From: a virus
Lineage: Duplodnaviria; Caudoviricetes
DNA length: 62,683 bases
Strand: one strand, 5' to 3'
Virus record (IMG/VR): IMGVR_UViG_3300024262_000030
Span: 1 to 62,683 of that record
Shown: positions 27,086 to 37,213 of the stretch, piece after piece
Numbering within the stretch: position 1 is the stretch's first letter
Layout of the letters: every line of letters begins with the position of its first letter
The notes under the pieces: model-generated
Told to the model about the DNA's origin: nothing
Seen by the model: only the letters and a program-made list of their open reading frames with translations
The model's database searches: none
Translations under genes and position numbers: made by a program

Positions 27086-28354
27086 TCAAAAAGATAACTG
27101 ACGAATCATTTTGATATAATCCTGCTTGGATGTATTTGGATCTTCTTCAAATTTGTCTTGAACCATGTCAAGAATTTTTTTGAAATCTTTTCCAGGTTTA
27201 AATCCCATTGCAATCAAATCTCCGCCTGAGAATGGAGGTTTCTGAGGTTCATTTGTCATGTTTTCAATTTGTGATTGAATTTTTGACGTATCTACCGGCT
27301 TATTCAATGAATCCATCAATGATAATGCTGTATATGCATGTCTTCCAGCAATCCTTCTGAATTTCCGAACAGTTTTCAATGATTGATCCAAGTTAAAGAA
27401 ATCTTGAAGTTCAATAGCATTTGCCACATCTGAAACGATGTGGTTGGGGTATTTCAAATGTTTCATCAATGATTCAACCTGCTGTTTCGGGATATCACTA
27501 AACAATACCGCAAGTTTAACTTCTGGCGATTTGTCACTATTCATTGCTCTCATTTTTTCCACGGTGAATTTTACACCAGGTAATACATTTTGAGCAATTC
27601 CAGAATTGTAGATCAATTTGAATGCTTTTCCACTTTTCTTCGTTTTGAGAATTTTGTTGAATTCTTCTTGGACTCTTTCACCTGAAATGTTTTTGATTTG
27701 AGCAGCGTTACGCTTTAATGCTCTCAACTGATCCATAGGAACATCCCAATCATATTTTACGAAGAACCTAACAAGACGTAACATTCTCAAAGGATCGTCT
27801 GAAAATGTTTTATCAGGGTCAAGTGGAGTTCTAGCAATTCCTTTTTCAAGGTCTGCTCTTCCCTTGCCTGTCAAATCCACGATCTCACCTGTTGAAATGT
27901 TCTTGAATAATGAGTTAGCAGTCAAATCACGTCTTTCAGCATCAGCTTTCAATGAAGCGCCGCTTACCTTTGGTTTTCTTGACCCAGGTTCATATTCTTC
28001 TGCTCTTGGTGCCACAGCCTCAATGTCAATGTCTGAAAGATCAACTCCATTGTGAGTGATTCCTTTCATAGTAAATTTGCTTGTTCCATATGTAGGAAAT
28101 AAAATCGGGTTAGAACCTTCTTTATGATTCCCCATTTTTTTAGTTGCCCAATTGGCGAATGAAATTCCACCGTCTGGTAGATCAACCACAACATCGATGT
28201 CTTTGATTGGTTTACCCATCAATTCGTCTCGGACAGCTCCTCCAGCAACTAGAACTTTGTTCTCAAATTCTGTTCCTGAAATCAATTCTCTGAGAAAGTC
28301 AATGGCTAAATCTTCTTTCTTTCCCTCTTGTAGTAATTTTTTCAATTTAATCAT
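27086..28354 (-). CDS. cca: CCA-adding tRNA nucleotidyltransferase (class II)
   Basis: AGGAVRD, DIDV, RRDLTANSL, DDPLRMLR, SGERV..E. Confidence 0.92.
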   Translation of the reverse strand: MIKLKKLLQEGKKEDLAIDFLRELISGTEFENKVLVAGGAVRDELMGKPIKDIDVVVDLPDGGISFANWATKKMGNHKEGSNPILFPTYGTSKFTMKGITHNGVDLSDIDIEAVAPRAEEYEPGSRKPKVSGASLKADAERRDLTANSLFKNISTGEIVDLTGKGRADLEKGIARTPLDPDKTFSDDPLRMLRLVRFFVKYDWDVPMDQLRALKRNAAQIKNISGERVQEEFNKILKTKKSGKAFKLIYNSGIAQNVLPGVKFTVEKMRAMNSDKSPEVKLAVLFSDIPKQQVESLMKHLKYPNHIVSDVANAIELQDFFNLDQSLKTVRKFRRIAGRHAYTALSLMDSLNKPVDTSKIQSQIENMTNEPQKPPFSGGDLIAMGFKPGKDFKKILDMVQDKFEEDPNTSKQDYIKMIRQLSF

Positions 28355-28536
28355 TTTAACATGAAATACAATAAAATATTCAGCGGTAACGCAATTACAA
28401 TTGTAAGTAGTGCTGAATGTTTTGTTGAAATCTCTTTTGGTTTTTTAGATTCTTCCGGTTGGAAATCCAGATCTAACTCTTTCCATTGATCTAATTTAGC
28501 TTGTTCTCTTGCTTTTTCTCTGTAACTTGGTCTCAT
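28351..28536 (-). CDS. Small protein with C-terminal transmembrane helix
   Basis: Coupled between lysozyme and cca; hydrophobic C-terminus. Confidence 0.55.
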   Translation of the reverse strand: MRPSYREKAREQAKLDQWKELDLDFQPEESKKPKEISTKHSALLTIVIALPLNILLYFMLK

Positions 28537-29444
28537 TTTATACTTCTCATCATTTTTACCAATTTAACACCACGGCGTTTTACTTGGTCATACCATTTAC
28601 TGTTTTTCATTTCATCGGCTGCTTTCTGAAAGTCTTTTTTATTGACAGCCGCAATCATTTTTTCAAATTTTTTCAATCTCGGACCACCCAAATTGAAACT
28701 CATATCCAAAAGAACCATTTGAGCTTCCTCTGGCAAACTGTCAAAGTTTTTGAAGATTGATTTTGCATCATTGTATGCTTTATTCAATGAGAATTTGTAA
28801 AGGTTTGTAATTGATTTATCAGTGAGTTCTTTTTCACCTTTCAATAATCCACGTATATCAACTCCTTTCATTTGCAAAAATCTCAAATTATCCTTGTCTG
28901 TTAGATTGAATCCAATTCCAATTGAATATCCGTCTCCATCTCTATATGCCCTTTTTTCAATTCCCTCATGATCTGCAATCTGTTTGAATAACGCGGTGTG
29001 ATCAATTGCACCCTTTAGAGGTAAAACCGATGCTGCTGCTATTGCTAATGTTGATGCTATCTTTTTCATTCTTGATTCGTTTAGATTTATTCTAAACATA
29101 CTATCTTTTTTTGCGTCAGTTGTCAAGTTAAAACTGTTGGTGAATGCTTTGGCGGCTGAATCTGAAATCGGCTTACCGATCATATACTCAACCTGTGGAT
29201 GTTTTTGTTTGATGTATTTTGCCATTCGTTGAAGAGTTTTAGTTCCCTTGATGGGATTCATTTCCGCGTCTTTGGGTGCTGATACACTAGAAATGTATGC
29301 CAGTTTCCCTTCATTTGTGGGTGACATTAATTCATCTACTATGGCATAATCAAATTTCCCACCTCCATTTAATTCAACTGTAATGGAAATGTCTTCTAAG
29401 TCTTCTTCAAAACTTTCACGTAATAAGTTAATCATTGATTTCAT
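28533..29444 (-). CDS. T4-type lysozyme (GH24) domain protein with N-terminal extension
   Basis: HEG..Y.D..SIGIG, MSFNLG, AADEM..SKWY.QV.RR. Confidence 0.88.
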   Translation of the reverse strand: MKSMINLLRESFEEDLEDISITVELNGGGKFDYAIVDELMSPTNEGKLAYISSVSAPKDAEMNPIKGTKTLQRMAKYIKQKHPQVEYMIGKPISDSAAKAFTNSFNLTTDAKKDSMFRINLNESRMKKIASTLAIAAASVLPLKGAIDHTALFKQIADHEGIEKRAYRDGDGYSIGIGFNLTDKDNLRFLQMKGVDIRGLLKGEKELTDKSITNLYKFSLNKAYNDAKSIFKNFDSLPEEAQMVLLDMSFNLGGPRLKKFEKMIAAVNKKDFQKAADEMKNSKWYDQVKRRGVKLVKMMRSIK

Positions 29445-29447
29445 ATT

Positions 29448-30563
29448 TTAATATTTTGATTTTTTCATGTATGGGCGAATATCTACATTTTTGTATTTTT
29501 CAAGAAATTGTAATGTCTTCTTCAAAATTTGAATTGTCATTTCAACATCCGCTAAGGCGTTATGCCATCCAGTAGGTTCAACATCAAACGCTTTAGCGAT
29601 AATCCCCAAACTCATTGACAGTCTTTCAGTCCCTCGTTTATCTGTCTTTATGAACTTCTGTCTGAATGCTTTAGCTGCATTATCATCTGAATTTTTGATG
29701 TATTCTAGTATTGGGGTTAAAACATTTTTGGTCAATGTTAATGTGTCAGCCACTCTGACATTTGTTGGGAATTGTAAATTGTATTTTCTAGCCCGTGATA
29801 CTATTACCTTCATATCAAATCTAGCATTCTGTGCCATCAATACAACATTGTCAAACTTTGAAACAAATTTAATAAACGTTTCCAATAACTCTTTTTCTTC
29901 AACAAATTCAGCAGTTGGTTCATCGTATCTTGTTAAATCCATTGCCATCTTTGGAGTGAAGAAGTTATTTTTGTTAATTTTCATGTCTTTCCAATTGACA
30001 CTTTGTTTATTTTTTCTTCCACGCTTGACTTTTCGTTTCAAACTTCCTTTTTCACGCTTCACATAATCCTTAAATTCAGGAGAAGTCGGTGATGTTGTCA
30101 CCTTTTTAGAATCTGGACGAAGATTTGCTTTGTAATTCATTTTGTCAATTACATTGAAGTCGTCACCGTCAACTGCCATGGCTGCCAATTCTGTAAGTTG
30201 AATATAATCAATCTGGGTTTGTAATCCTAAAGTTTCCGTGTCGAACACAATGATAGTTTTCCCTTGATATTTTTTCGTGAATTGATCAACCAACTCACCC
30301 GCTTTTATCTGTTGAAGTTGAGTTTCCTCTGCAATTTGTTTTTCAACTTTTTCAAGTCGGTCATAATAATCTGGAAGTTCCCATATATGATCCAATGCAA
30401 TTTCGTGTGCCATGTCTTGATCGCTTGTATGTTCCATTTCAACTTCAACTCCTTTTTCAAGCTGACTTTGGATGTTAGCAACATCTGTATGGTGTTTATC
30501 TGCAATATCTTGGATAGATTTGCCATCCGCCATCCCGCCTGGTATTAAATCTTTTAGTTTCAT
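29448..30563 (-). CDS. DEDDh 3'-5' exonuclease with N-terminal DUF5661-like domain
   Basis: FDTETLG, QNARFD, HNALADV; GVEVEMEH..IALDH..YY. Confidence 0.88.
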   Translation of the reverse strand: MKLKDLIPGGMADGKSIQDIADKHHTDVANIQSQLEKGVEVEMEHTSDQDMAHEIALDHIWELPDYYDRLEKVEKQIAEETQLQQIKAGELVDQFTKKYQGKTIIVFDTETLGLQTQIDYIQLTELAAMAVDGDDFNVIDKMNYKANLRPDSKKVTTSPTSPEFKDYVKREKGSLKRKVKRGRKNKQSVNWKDMKINKNNFFTPKMAMDLTRYDEPTAEFVEEKELLETFIKFVSKFDNVVLMAQNARFDMKVIVSRARKYNLQFPTNVRVADTLTLTKNVLTPILEYIKNSDDNAAKAFRQKFIKTDKRGTERLSMSLGIIAKAFDVEPTGWHNALADVEMTIQILKKTLQFLEKYKNVDIRPYMKKSKY

Positions 30564-31240
30564 ATTAGTCGTTGTATCTGTTTGATTGAGTCTGATGTAT
30601 TCTTGTGGATTACACCCCTTCCGCCTGCTCGCTTAAACAACACGATGTTTTCTTCCATGTCATCGATCAATAAATAATCTTCTTCAGCATATTCCCACTT
30701 ATCTTTTCCAGTACGAACTATATTGAATTTCAAATCACCCAATCCATGAGTTTGTAACCATTTCTGTTTACCCTTGGCAGTCTCCGGTCCCTGACCAGCA
30801 GTTAAAATTTCAGTGGGAATTCCTAAACCGAACACAAATTTAACCAATTCTTGTCCACCCGGCATCCAGTCCATAGTTGACCAAAAATCTTCACCACCAT
30901 ATATGATTAAACTCCATGCTGGGTTTGAGGTTAATTCCGTTTTACAACGAGTCTTCAATGTGTCGTAAATTTCGTCGCCATTTTTTGACAATGCATCATT
31001 TCTGATTTCAGTTGCACGTCGGTTGAACTCTTCTCGGTCTATTCCGAGGTTGTCAAGTTTTCTTTGTGAAACCAACTTTTTATTGTTTAATACAGACTTC
31101 CACAAATTATCATTTGCGAGATATTTTGCGTATTGTTTTGAGAAATCGCACAGTACGCCATCACAATCTAAATAAATTTTAGTAACCTTTTGTTCATTTT
31201 CCATAATATCACCTTCTATTAATTTTTTTAATTTTATCAT
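30560..31240 (-). CDS. HAD 5'(3')-nucleotidase-like protein
   Basis: LDCDGVLCDF, ILT, K..W, LIDD. Confidence 0.85.
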   Translation of the reverse strand: MIKLKKLIEGDIMENEQKVTKIYLDCDGVLCDFSKQYAKYLANDNLWKSVLNNKKLVSQRKLDNLGIDREEFNRRATEIRNDALSKNGDEIYDTLKTRCKTELTSNPAWSLIIYGGEDFWSTMDWMPGGQELVKFVFGLGIPTEILTAGQGPETAKGKQKWLQTHGLGDLKFNIVRTGKDKWEYAEEDYLLIDDMEENIVLFKRAGGRGVIHKNTSDSIKQIQRLI

Positions 31241-31304
31241 TGTTAATATATATCATATTTTAATAAAAATCAAGAAAAAACCTCATCTATCTCTATTTAT
31301 TGGT

Positions 31305-32225
31305 ATGACGATAAATGAAAAATATAAATATGTAGTATATGAATTGTGGAATCCTATAAAGAATCAACCATTTTACGTGGGGAAGGGGTCTATTAAGAGA
31401 AAACGTTGGTTATCACATATACATGATGTTGATACCGACTCAAATCGTCACAAGACAAATACAATTAAAAAAATAATAAAAGAAGGATATTCTCTTGAAT
31501 ATAGGTTTGTATATTACACCAACGATGAAGAAACAGCATACAAAAAAGAAATACAGTTGATTGCTGAATATGGAAGACGTGATCTGAAAACGGGAATACT
31601 GACAAATATGACTGATGGTGGAGATGGTGTTAGAAATTTAATAATAACTGATGAATTCAGACAGAAATGCAGTGAAAATTTCAAAGGAGAAAAAAATGGA
31701 ATGTATGGAAAAACCCATTCATCTGACGCTAGAAAACGGATAAGCGACATACGTAAATTACGTGAGGTTGAGTATAAACACACAAAAGAACACATTGAAA
31801 AGTTAAAAACTCATAATCCAGGAGCTATTGCGATGGGAAATCCTATCATGCGGTTTGATTTAAACGGTAATTTGATTGGTGAATGGCACGGAGTCAAAGC
31901 GGCGGCGAGGGAATTGTCGTCATCGGATTGTGAGTTTGAGTGTTATGCTAGAAAAATTAGAATTCGTGCTAAGAAAAATAAATGGGATTCGTTTTTGGGT
32001 TCATATTGGCGTGAATCTGATGATTACAATAAAAATGGATTCGTCTTTTATGCTAAGCCGGGTGTAAAGCGACAAGAAATTCACCAATTCACGTTAAATG
32101 GTGAATTCGTAAAATCGTGGGATTCCATTAAACAGATAGAACGTGAACTAAACCTTAAATATTCAGCATTATGGAAATCTGTAAAAAACGAAACGTCGTA
32201 TAATGGGTTTGTATGGAAAAAGTAA
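31305..32225 (+). CDS. GIY-YIG homing endonuclease with NUMOD repeats
   Basis: VYEL..PFYVGKG..R, LTNMTDGGDG, NGMYGKTHS. Confidence 0.88.
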   Translation: MTINEKYKYVVYELWNPIKNQPFYVGKGSIKRKRWLSHIHDVDTDSNRHKTNTIKKIIKEGYSLEYRFVYYTNDEETAYKKEIQLIAEYGRRDLKTGILTNMTDGGDGVRNLIITDEFRQKCSENFKGEKNGMYGKTHSSDARKRISDIRKLREVEYKHTKEHIEKLKTHNPGAIAMGNPIMRFDLNGNLIGEWHGVKAAARELSSSDCEFECYARKIRIRAKKNKWDSFLGSYWRESDDYNKNGFVFYAKPGVKRQEIHQFTLNGEFVKSWDSIKQIERELNLKYSALWKSVKNETSYNGFVWKK

Positions 32226-32331
32226 CCGATTCTTTTTTATAAGTATACTTGTATATTCAGATTAAACATATTCATAAATATTGTGTTTTTTCAATTTGAC
32301 TTTATATTTACATTATAGTATACTTTTAGTT

Positions 32332-32622
32332 ATGAATCAAGAAAAAAATGTTATGCCTAGCCGATTTAAATTCGGTCTCCATGAAAAACTTGGAATTCCA
32401 GCTATAATGTATAAGGATACTGGTGATGTATATGAGTCATTTGCCAAATACATACCAGAAGGCTTGGTTGTTCAGAGACTATGGGAAATTCGTGAAGATG
32501 AAATAATGAGGGATCGTTTGGTTGCTGGGACATCAATGGAAAATTCAAACGGAAATGATGGTGGTATTATCACCGATTTTTCTTCTCTTCCTGAATTGAA
32601 AGGTGAATTACATACGATATGA
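32332..32622 (+). CDS. Hypothetical protein
   Basis: Coupled to DHFR gene. Confidence 0.55.
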   Translation: MNQEKNVMPSRFKFGLHEKLGIPAIMYKDTGDVYESFAKYIPEGLVVQRLWEIREDEIMRDRLVAGTSMENSNGNDGGIITDFSSLPELKGELHTI

Positions 32623-33122
32623 GAGGTATTGTAGCCGTTTCCAAAAATAATGTGATGGGTATCAATGGCAAGTTACCATGGTACTCTCCGGAAGACCTTA
32701 AATGGTTCAAACAAAATACCTTGAAACAAACGTTGATCGTCGGACATGAAACGTTTAAACATATACCATTGCTTCTTAGAAACCGAAAAGTATTTGTAAT
32801 CACACGTGATGCTGGGAAATCGTTTGAACAATATCACCAAGGTGATAATAAAAAACTTGATGACTTAATTCAACATGAAACATTTTTTACAAGTAAATTG
32901 GATAATTTGCCAAGTGATTCGTGGGTAATCGGTGGGTATGAAATATTTGAGTTGTTTATTGATAAAATTTCAGATTTTCACATTTCTCATATTCCGGTTG
33001 ATTTGAAATATTCAGTGGATGATGATGTTACGTTTTTTGATCATGTTGTGCTGGATGGATTCCGAAATGTGGGTACAACAAATAAAAAAACATTTTATAT
33101 TCAGCATTATAAGCGTATGTGA
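32619..33122 (+). CDS. folA: Dihydrofolate reductase
   Basis: IVA..N.MG..LPW..EDL..FK..T, L.NR, IGG, D.FF. Confidence 0.92.
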   Translation: MRGIVAVSKNNVMGINGKLPWYSPEDLKWFKQNTLKQTLIVGHETFKHIPLLLRNRKVFVITRDAGKSFEQYHQGDNKKLDDLIQHETFFTSKLDNLPSDSWVIGGYEIFELFIDKISDFHISHIPVDLKYSVDDDVTFFDHVVLDGFRNVGTTNKKTFYIQHYKRM

Positions 33123-33137
33123 AGAATATTTATATGC

Positions 33138-33497
33138 ATGTCGGAAGTTAAACATGCATTGTATCATTATAAAGCTATCGTAACCAGTGTGTATGACGGA
33201 GATACTATCACCGTTGATATTGATCTTGGGATGGGGGTATGGTTGAAAGGCCAAAAAATAAGACTTCTTGGTGTAAATACGCCTGAAATTCGTGGAGAAG
33301 AACGTGATGTTGGAATCTTGGCTCAACAATTTGTAAGAAACGCAATACTTCATAAGGAAGTTATATTAGAAACGATAAAGGATTCTAAAGGAAAATACGG
33401 TAGATGGCTTGCCAATGTATATCCACCTGATTATTCAATGAGTTTAAATGATGTGTTGTTACTTGAAGGTCACGCCACAGAATATTTGAAAAAATAA
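33138..33497 (+). CDS. Thermonuclease (SNase-like)
   Basis: VYDGDT, IRLLGVNTPE, GKYGRWL. Confidence 0.92.
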   Translation: MSEVKHALYHYKAIVTSVYDGDTITVDIDLGMGVWLKGQKIRLLGVNTPEIRGEERDVGILAQQFVRNAILHKEVILETIKDSKGKYGRWLANVYPPDYSMSLNDVLLLEGHATEYLKK

Positions 33498-33631
33498 TTA
33501 TTTTAATTTGACTTTTTGAAATTTTGTATATAATTATATAGTGATGATACTCAAACGGGGTCATCATACTAGTAGCCAAATGGTGCTGGTATATAGTTCA
33601 AAAGAATATAACAAAATGAAAGGATAACGAA

Positions 33632-34117
33632 ATGAAAATCGTAAAACACACAGGTGGCTTGCCTACCTTATTTGATGAAATGCAAGATACACTAAATGCC
33701 GTATTAAAAGATGGTATGTTTAGTCCCGAATTCATGAAGCAGAATCTCGGAGTGGCTTATTCCAAAGCAGCTTATCCAAAAACGGATATGTACTATGAAG
33801 ATGGAAAGATTGTTCTAGAAGCGGATATACAAGGATTGAAGAAATCGGAAGTATCAGTTGATCTAGAACCATCCGAAACCCGTAATGAAAGTTACCTTGT
33901 AATTTCAGGTGGTAAAAAAGAACATCCGATGGTTGAAGGAAGAAGATACGTTCACAAAGAGATCAAAAGATCAACATGGCGAAGGTCATGGTCGCTTGAT
34001 GAAAACCGATTTGATGTCAGCAAAATCAGCGCGGATGTTAAAGATGGATTGCTGACTGTTAGTATTCCTGAATGGGAAAACAAAGAGGTTAATTCGGGAT
34101 CTAAAAAGATCCTTTAA
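33632..34117 (+). CDS. Small heat-shock protein Hsp20
   Basis: Alpha-crystallin features, A..KDGLLTVSIP. Confidence 0.9.
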   Translation: MKIVKHTGGLPTLFDEMQDTLNAVLKDGMFSPEFMKQNLGVAYSKAAYPKTDMYYEDGKIVLEADIQGLKKSEVSVDLEPSETRNESYLVISGGKKEHPMVEGRRYVHKEIKRSTWRRSWSLDENRFDVSKISADVKDGLLTVSIPEWENKEVNSGSKKIL

Positions 34118-34123
34118 ATTGTT

Positions 34124-34158
34124 GGGTGGGTGACAAAAGTTGCCCACCTTTATTTTTT
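34124..34158 (+). terminator. Intrinsic terminator
   Basis: GGTGGGTGAC-AAAA-GTTGCCCACC then T tract. Confidence 0.8.
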
Positions 34159-34255
34159 ACTTGACTTTTTAAAACTTTTATAATATATTATATTATATGA
34201 ATTACAACATCACATTCAAAGATTTCTCCATGTAGATATCTACGACAATTAAGTT

Positions 34256-34660
34256 GTGGGTATGCTTACAAACATGAGAGATAGAGCATATAGAATACAC
34301 CAAAAAGAACGAATCAAACACAAGATTATCAGTCGTTTGAAAAACGAACAGTGGAAAACGACTGAAATTGATTGGGAGAATATAATGTCCCATTACGATG
34401 AGACTGAAATGATAGTAAGTCGTTATACTCGTGGTGGATTAGAACATGAAATAGAATATGAAAGGGAAACCGATGAAAGTCATCAGGCACATTCCCTCGT
34501 ATATTATATGAGCGGAGGAAAACATTACTGGAAAGCTCCAAAGTGGTTTAAAAAAATTTACAGCAGACGAAGAAGGGCAAAAGTGAAAGACAGAATGATA
34601 CACGAGGATTACGACAACATTCCTGTCTTTAGAAAAGAAAACGATTGGAATTGGGATTGA
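34256..34660 (+). CDS. Hypothetical basic protein
   Basis: APKWF..RRRR motif; co-directional. Confidence 0.6.
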   Translation: MGMLTNMRDRAYRIHQKERIKHKIISRLKNEQWKTTEIDWENIMSHYDETEMIVSRYTRGGLEHEIEYERETDESHQAHSLVYYMSGGKHYWKAPKWFKKIYSRRRRAKVKDRMIHEDYDNIPVFRKENDWNWD

Positions 34661-34661
34661 T

Positions 34662-35072
34662 ATGGGTGACTGGAAAAAAAGAGGCGTAGACAGAAAGGAT
34701 TTCAGAAATGGAAAGTCTGATTATACTGAAACCCAGAAATGTAGAAAAAAATCATCCAAAAAGCCTTGGTTGATCCAAACTCGTTTTACAGGTCGTTGGG
34801 TTGAAACTCACCACGTTGTATATGGAGGGTTGCGAGAAGAAACATTGTATGACGATGATGTATCAGATTGGCACAAAGACAGATATCGCCGAGAATGGAG
34901 AAATGAAAAACGATTTGCAAAGGAATCAGACGCAATAAATTGTTGGGAAGATTCAAAGAAAGAAGGAAAGTTTAATTTGCTTAGATGTTTTAGAGAAGAA
35001 AAAGGCTGGGAATATAGAATTATACACGAACAAGATTACAAGGAAGAGAAAAAAAATGATGAAGAGAAATAA
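34662..35072 (+). CDS. Hypothetical protein
   Basis: Tiled ORF. Confidence 0.6.
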   Translation: MGDWKKRGVDRKDFRNGKSDYTETQKCRKKSSKKPWLIQTRFTGRWVETHHVVYGGLREETLYDDDVSDWHKDRYRREWRNEKRFAKESDAINCWEDSKKEGKFNLLRCFREEKGWEYRIIHEQDYKEEKKNDEEK

Positions 35073-35301
35073 TTGGACGAATGAAGAGGTAGTTGACATT
35101 CTGAAAGGTCAAATGTTATGTGTAAATGAAGGCGCTGATGAAGCGGCACAAAAACAAGTTGATGATTGGAATACTTCGTTGAGTGATGCCATTGAGTATT
35201 TCTCATACCATTTTTCGGTATCTGATGATGATTACTCAGCTCTTGCTTACGATACTGAGAAGAAACAAATATTCCACATCGGACAGATTTTGCCAAAATG
35301 A
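35056..35301 (+). CDS. Hypothetical protein
   Basis: Tiled ORF. Confidence 0.6.
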   Translation: MMKRNNWTNEEVVDILKGQMLCVNEGADEAAQKQVDDWNTSLSDAIEYFSYHFSVSDDDYSALAYDTEKKQIFHIGQILPK

Positions 35302-35609
35302 ATGAAATCCTTGGAAACTGCGATGTTTGTGGGCAACAAATGTCCAACGATAACTCAAACATACATCACTTGATTCCACAACTTAAAGGCGGAAGAACAG
35401 GGCCAACCATTCGTCTTCATACATATTGTCATAGTAAAATACATTCGATTTGGAACGAAAACGAGTTGAGAGATGTTTATAATGACATGTCTATAATCAT
35501 GGATGATGATAGAATGAAAAGCTTTGCCAAATGGGTTAGAAAGCAAAAAGATGGAATCAAAATCTCCAACAAAATGACAAACACCCACAAAAGAAAACGA
35601 AAACGGTAA
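35298..35609 (+). CDS. Small HNH protein
   Basis: CDVC, HHLIP..GG, CHSKIH. Confidence 0.82.
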   Translation: MNEILGNCDVCGQQMSNDNSNIHHLIPQLKGGRTGPTIRLHTYCHSKIHSIWNENELRDVYNDMSIIMDDDRMKSFAKWVRKQKDGIKISNKMTNTHKRKRKR

Positions 35610-35620
35610 TATTTATTGCC

Positions 35621-35890
35621 ATGGAAGAACAAGCACAATACGGAAAAGCGAGAGTAAGAGATTATTCCGATTTGGCCAATCATCAAACGCCAACTAAGGC
35701 ACCAAAATCGGATACGGAAGATTATATGAATGATATCATGTATACTCTTACGCGAGTCAATAGAATGATTGGGTCATTACTTCCTGTTGTGGATGAAGAA
35801 ATACGTGGTGAATATCTCCAAGCGGAACAAACATACCGAGACATCGTATTTTCGCTTCTTGATATAATTGATGAAAAGGTGGGAAAGTAA
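35621..35890 (+). CDS. Hypothetical protein
   Basis: TATTTAT motif 4 nt before ATG. Confidence 0.6.
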   Translation: MEEQAQYGKARVRDYSDLANHQTPTKAPKSDTEDYMNDIMYTLTRVNRMIGSLLPVVDEEIRGEYLQAEQTYRDIVFSLLDIIDEKVGK

Positions 35891-36065
35891 ATTTTATATA
35901 AGTGACTTTAAACGCTTTGCCACTTGGAAGAAAGTAGCTTTGATAGTGATACTATTAATCATTTTATTTTCAAGTGAATATTTCAGCATTTGGAAACAAG
36001 ATGATGCTTTAGATTTTTCAGAGAAACCTCCGATTTACGGAATTCAGAAAAAAATAGATTTTTGA
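35868..36065 (+). CDS. Small membrane protein
   Basis: Central hydrophobic helix. Confidence 0.5.
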   Translation: MMKRWESKFYISDFKRFATWKKVALIVILLIILFSSEYFSIWKQDDALDFSEKPPIYGIQKKIDF

Positions 36066-36083
36066 CTTGACTTTTTATAACTG

Positions 36084-36482
36084 ATGATGTATGTTCCAGT
36101 TGTGAAAAACAAAACACCACATACAGCCACTGGTAAAGTTCGTTATAAAAACGATTGGGTGGTAATAGACTGTCCATTTGACATTGTGTATTACTACAAC
36201 CGTGTGTGTAATTGGATGCTCCACAAACAAAATAAGATAACGTGGCCGCTTCATGGTGCTCATATTACAGTAGTTGCTGGTAAGTATACGAAGGTAAAAA
36301 AGAATTGGGGTTATCGTGCCGACGAAACAGTTAAATTTAACTACGGAACATTAACAAATAACGATAATTATTTTTGGTTAGTTGTTGATTGTCCAGAAGC
36401 ATCGGAAATACGTGAGAAACTTGGTCTATCTCCTGAACCTAAATGGCCATATCACCTAACAGTAGGATATCTAAATGAATAA
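36084..36482 (+). CDS. 2H phosphoesterase (Acb1/gp57B-like fold)
   Basis: AHITVV and YHLTVG HxT motifs. Confidence 0.75.
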   Translation: MMYVPVVKNKTPHTATGKVRYKNDWVVIDCPFDIVYYYNRVCNWMLHKQNKITWPLHGAHITVVAGKYTKVKKNWGYRADETVKFNYGTLTNNDNYFWLVVDCPEASEIREKLGLSPEPKWPYHLTVGYLNE

Positions 36483-36654
36483 AATAAAATTAACATTGTT
36501 ACTTGCAACCGTTCTATTTTTGGGCGGGTGTGCCACCAAAAGTGAAATAATTGAAACTGACAAGTGGATCAAGATAAAACAAGGAAGTCGTGAGGTCTGG
36601 ATAGATCAACGTAGATTAGAACTTATCCCTCCGGGATACACATTCAGAAAATAA
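36475..36654 (+). CDS. Small lipoprotein (not in ORF track, 59 aa)
   Basis: MNKIKLTLLLATVLFLGGC lipobox signal. Confidence 0.65.
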   Translation: MNKIKLTLLLATVLFLGGCATKSEIIETDKWIKIKQGSREVWIDQRRLELIPPGYTFRK

Positions 36655-36702
36655 AATAAGTTTTTCTTGACATTTCAATGAATGTGTAGTATTTATTATA
36701 TT

Positions 36703-37065
36703 ATGATATTATTAAAAGAATTGGTTGAGCAAGTATTAGAAGAATCTACAATGGGATATATTCCTGCCTGGATGGATAATCGTGGTGAGGTCATTCGAGT
36801 TACTTCTCATGCTGATTTTGGAGCGGAAACTCTCCAAATGGGATTAGACCCTATGGATTTTGATGATATTGAGAAGATATACGATGGTATGTATTCTAAG
36901 GGTTATGTGAGAGTTACAATCGAACCAAATCAAATTATGTATGATTATGATACTAGACCCCCATCACGAATTCAGTTACGTACGTTAAAAGACACTGGAA
37001 TAACGAAGAACCTCGTCGTATCAGATGCCGTTAGTGGTAGGATTTTATACAGTCCACATAGATAA
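36703..37065 (+). CDS. Hypothetical protein with putative capsid-targeting leader
   Basis: MILLKELVEQVLEE start; TATTTAT upstream. Confidence 0.65.
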   Translation: MILLKELVEQVLEESTMGYIPAWMDNRGEVIRVTSHADFGAETLQMGLDPMDFDDIEKIYDGMYSKGYVRVTIEPNQIMYDYDTRPPSRIQLRTLKDTGITKNLVVSDAVSGRILYSPHR

Positions 37066-37213
37066 TTTAAAACAAATGAAAAAGTCGAGGAAAAATAAAA
37101 TAACTTTTTTCTTGACATTTTAAACAGTATAATGTATATTTAATAATAACACAACAAGCCTGATATTGATAAGGCTTGCTGTAACAGTCAAACGCAAACA
37201 TTCAGATAAAGAT

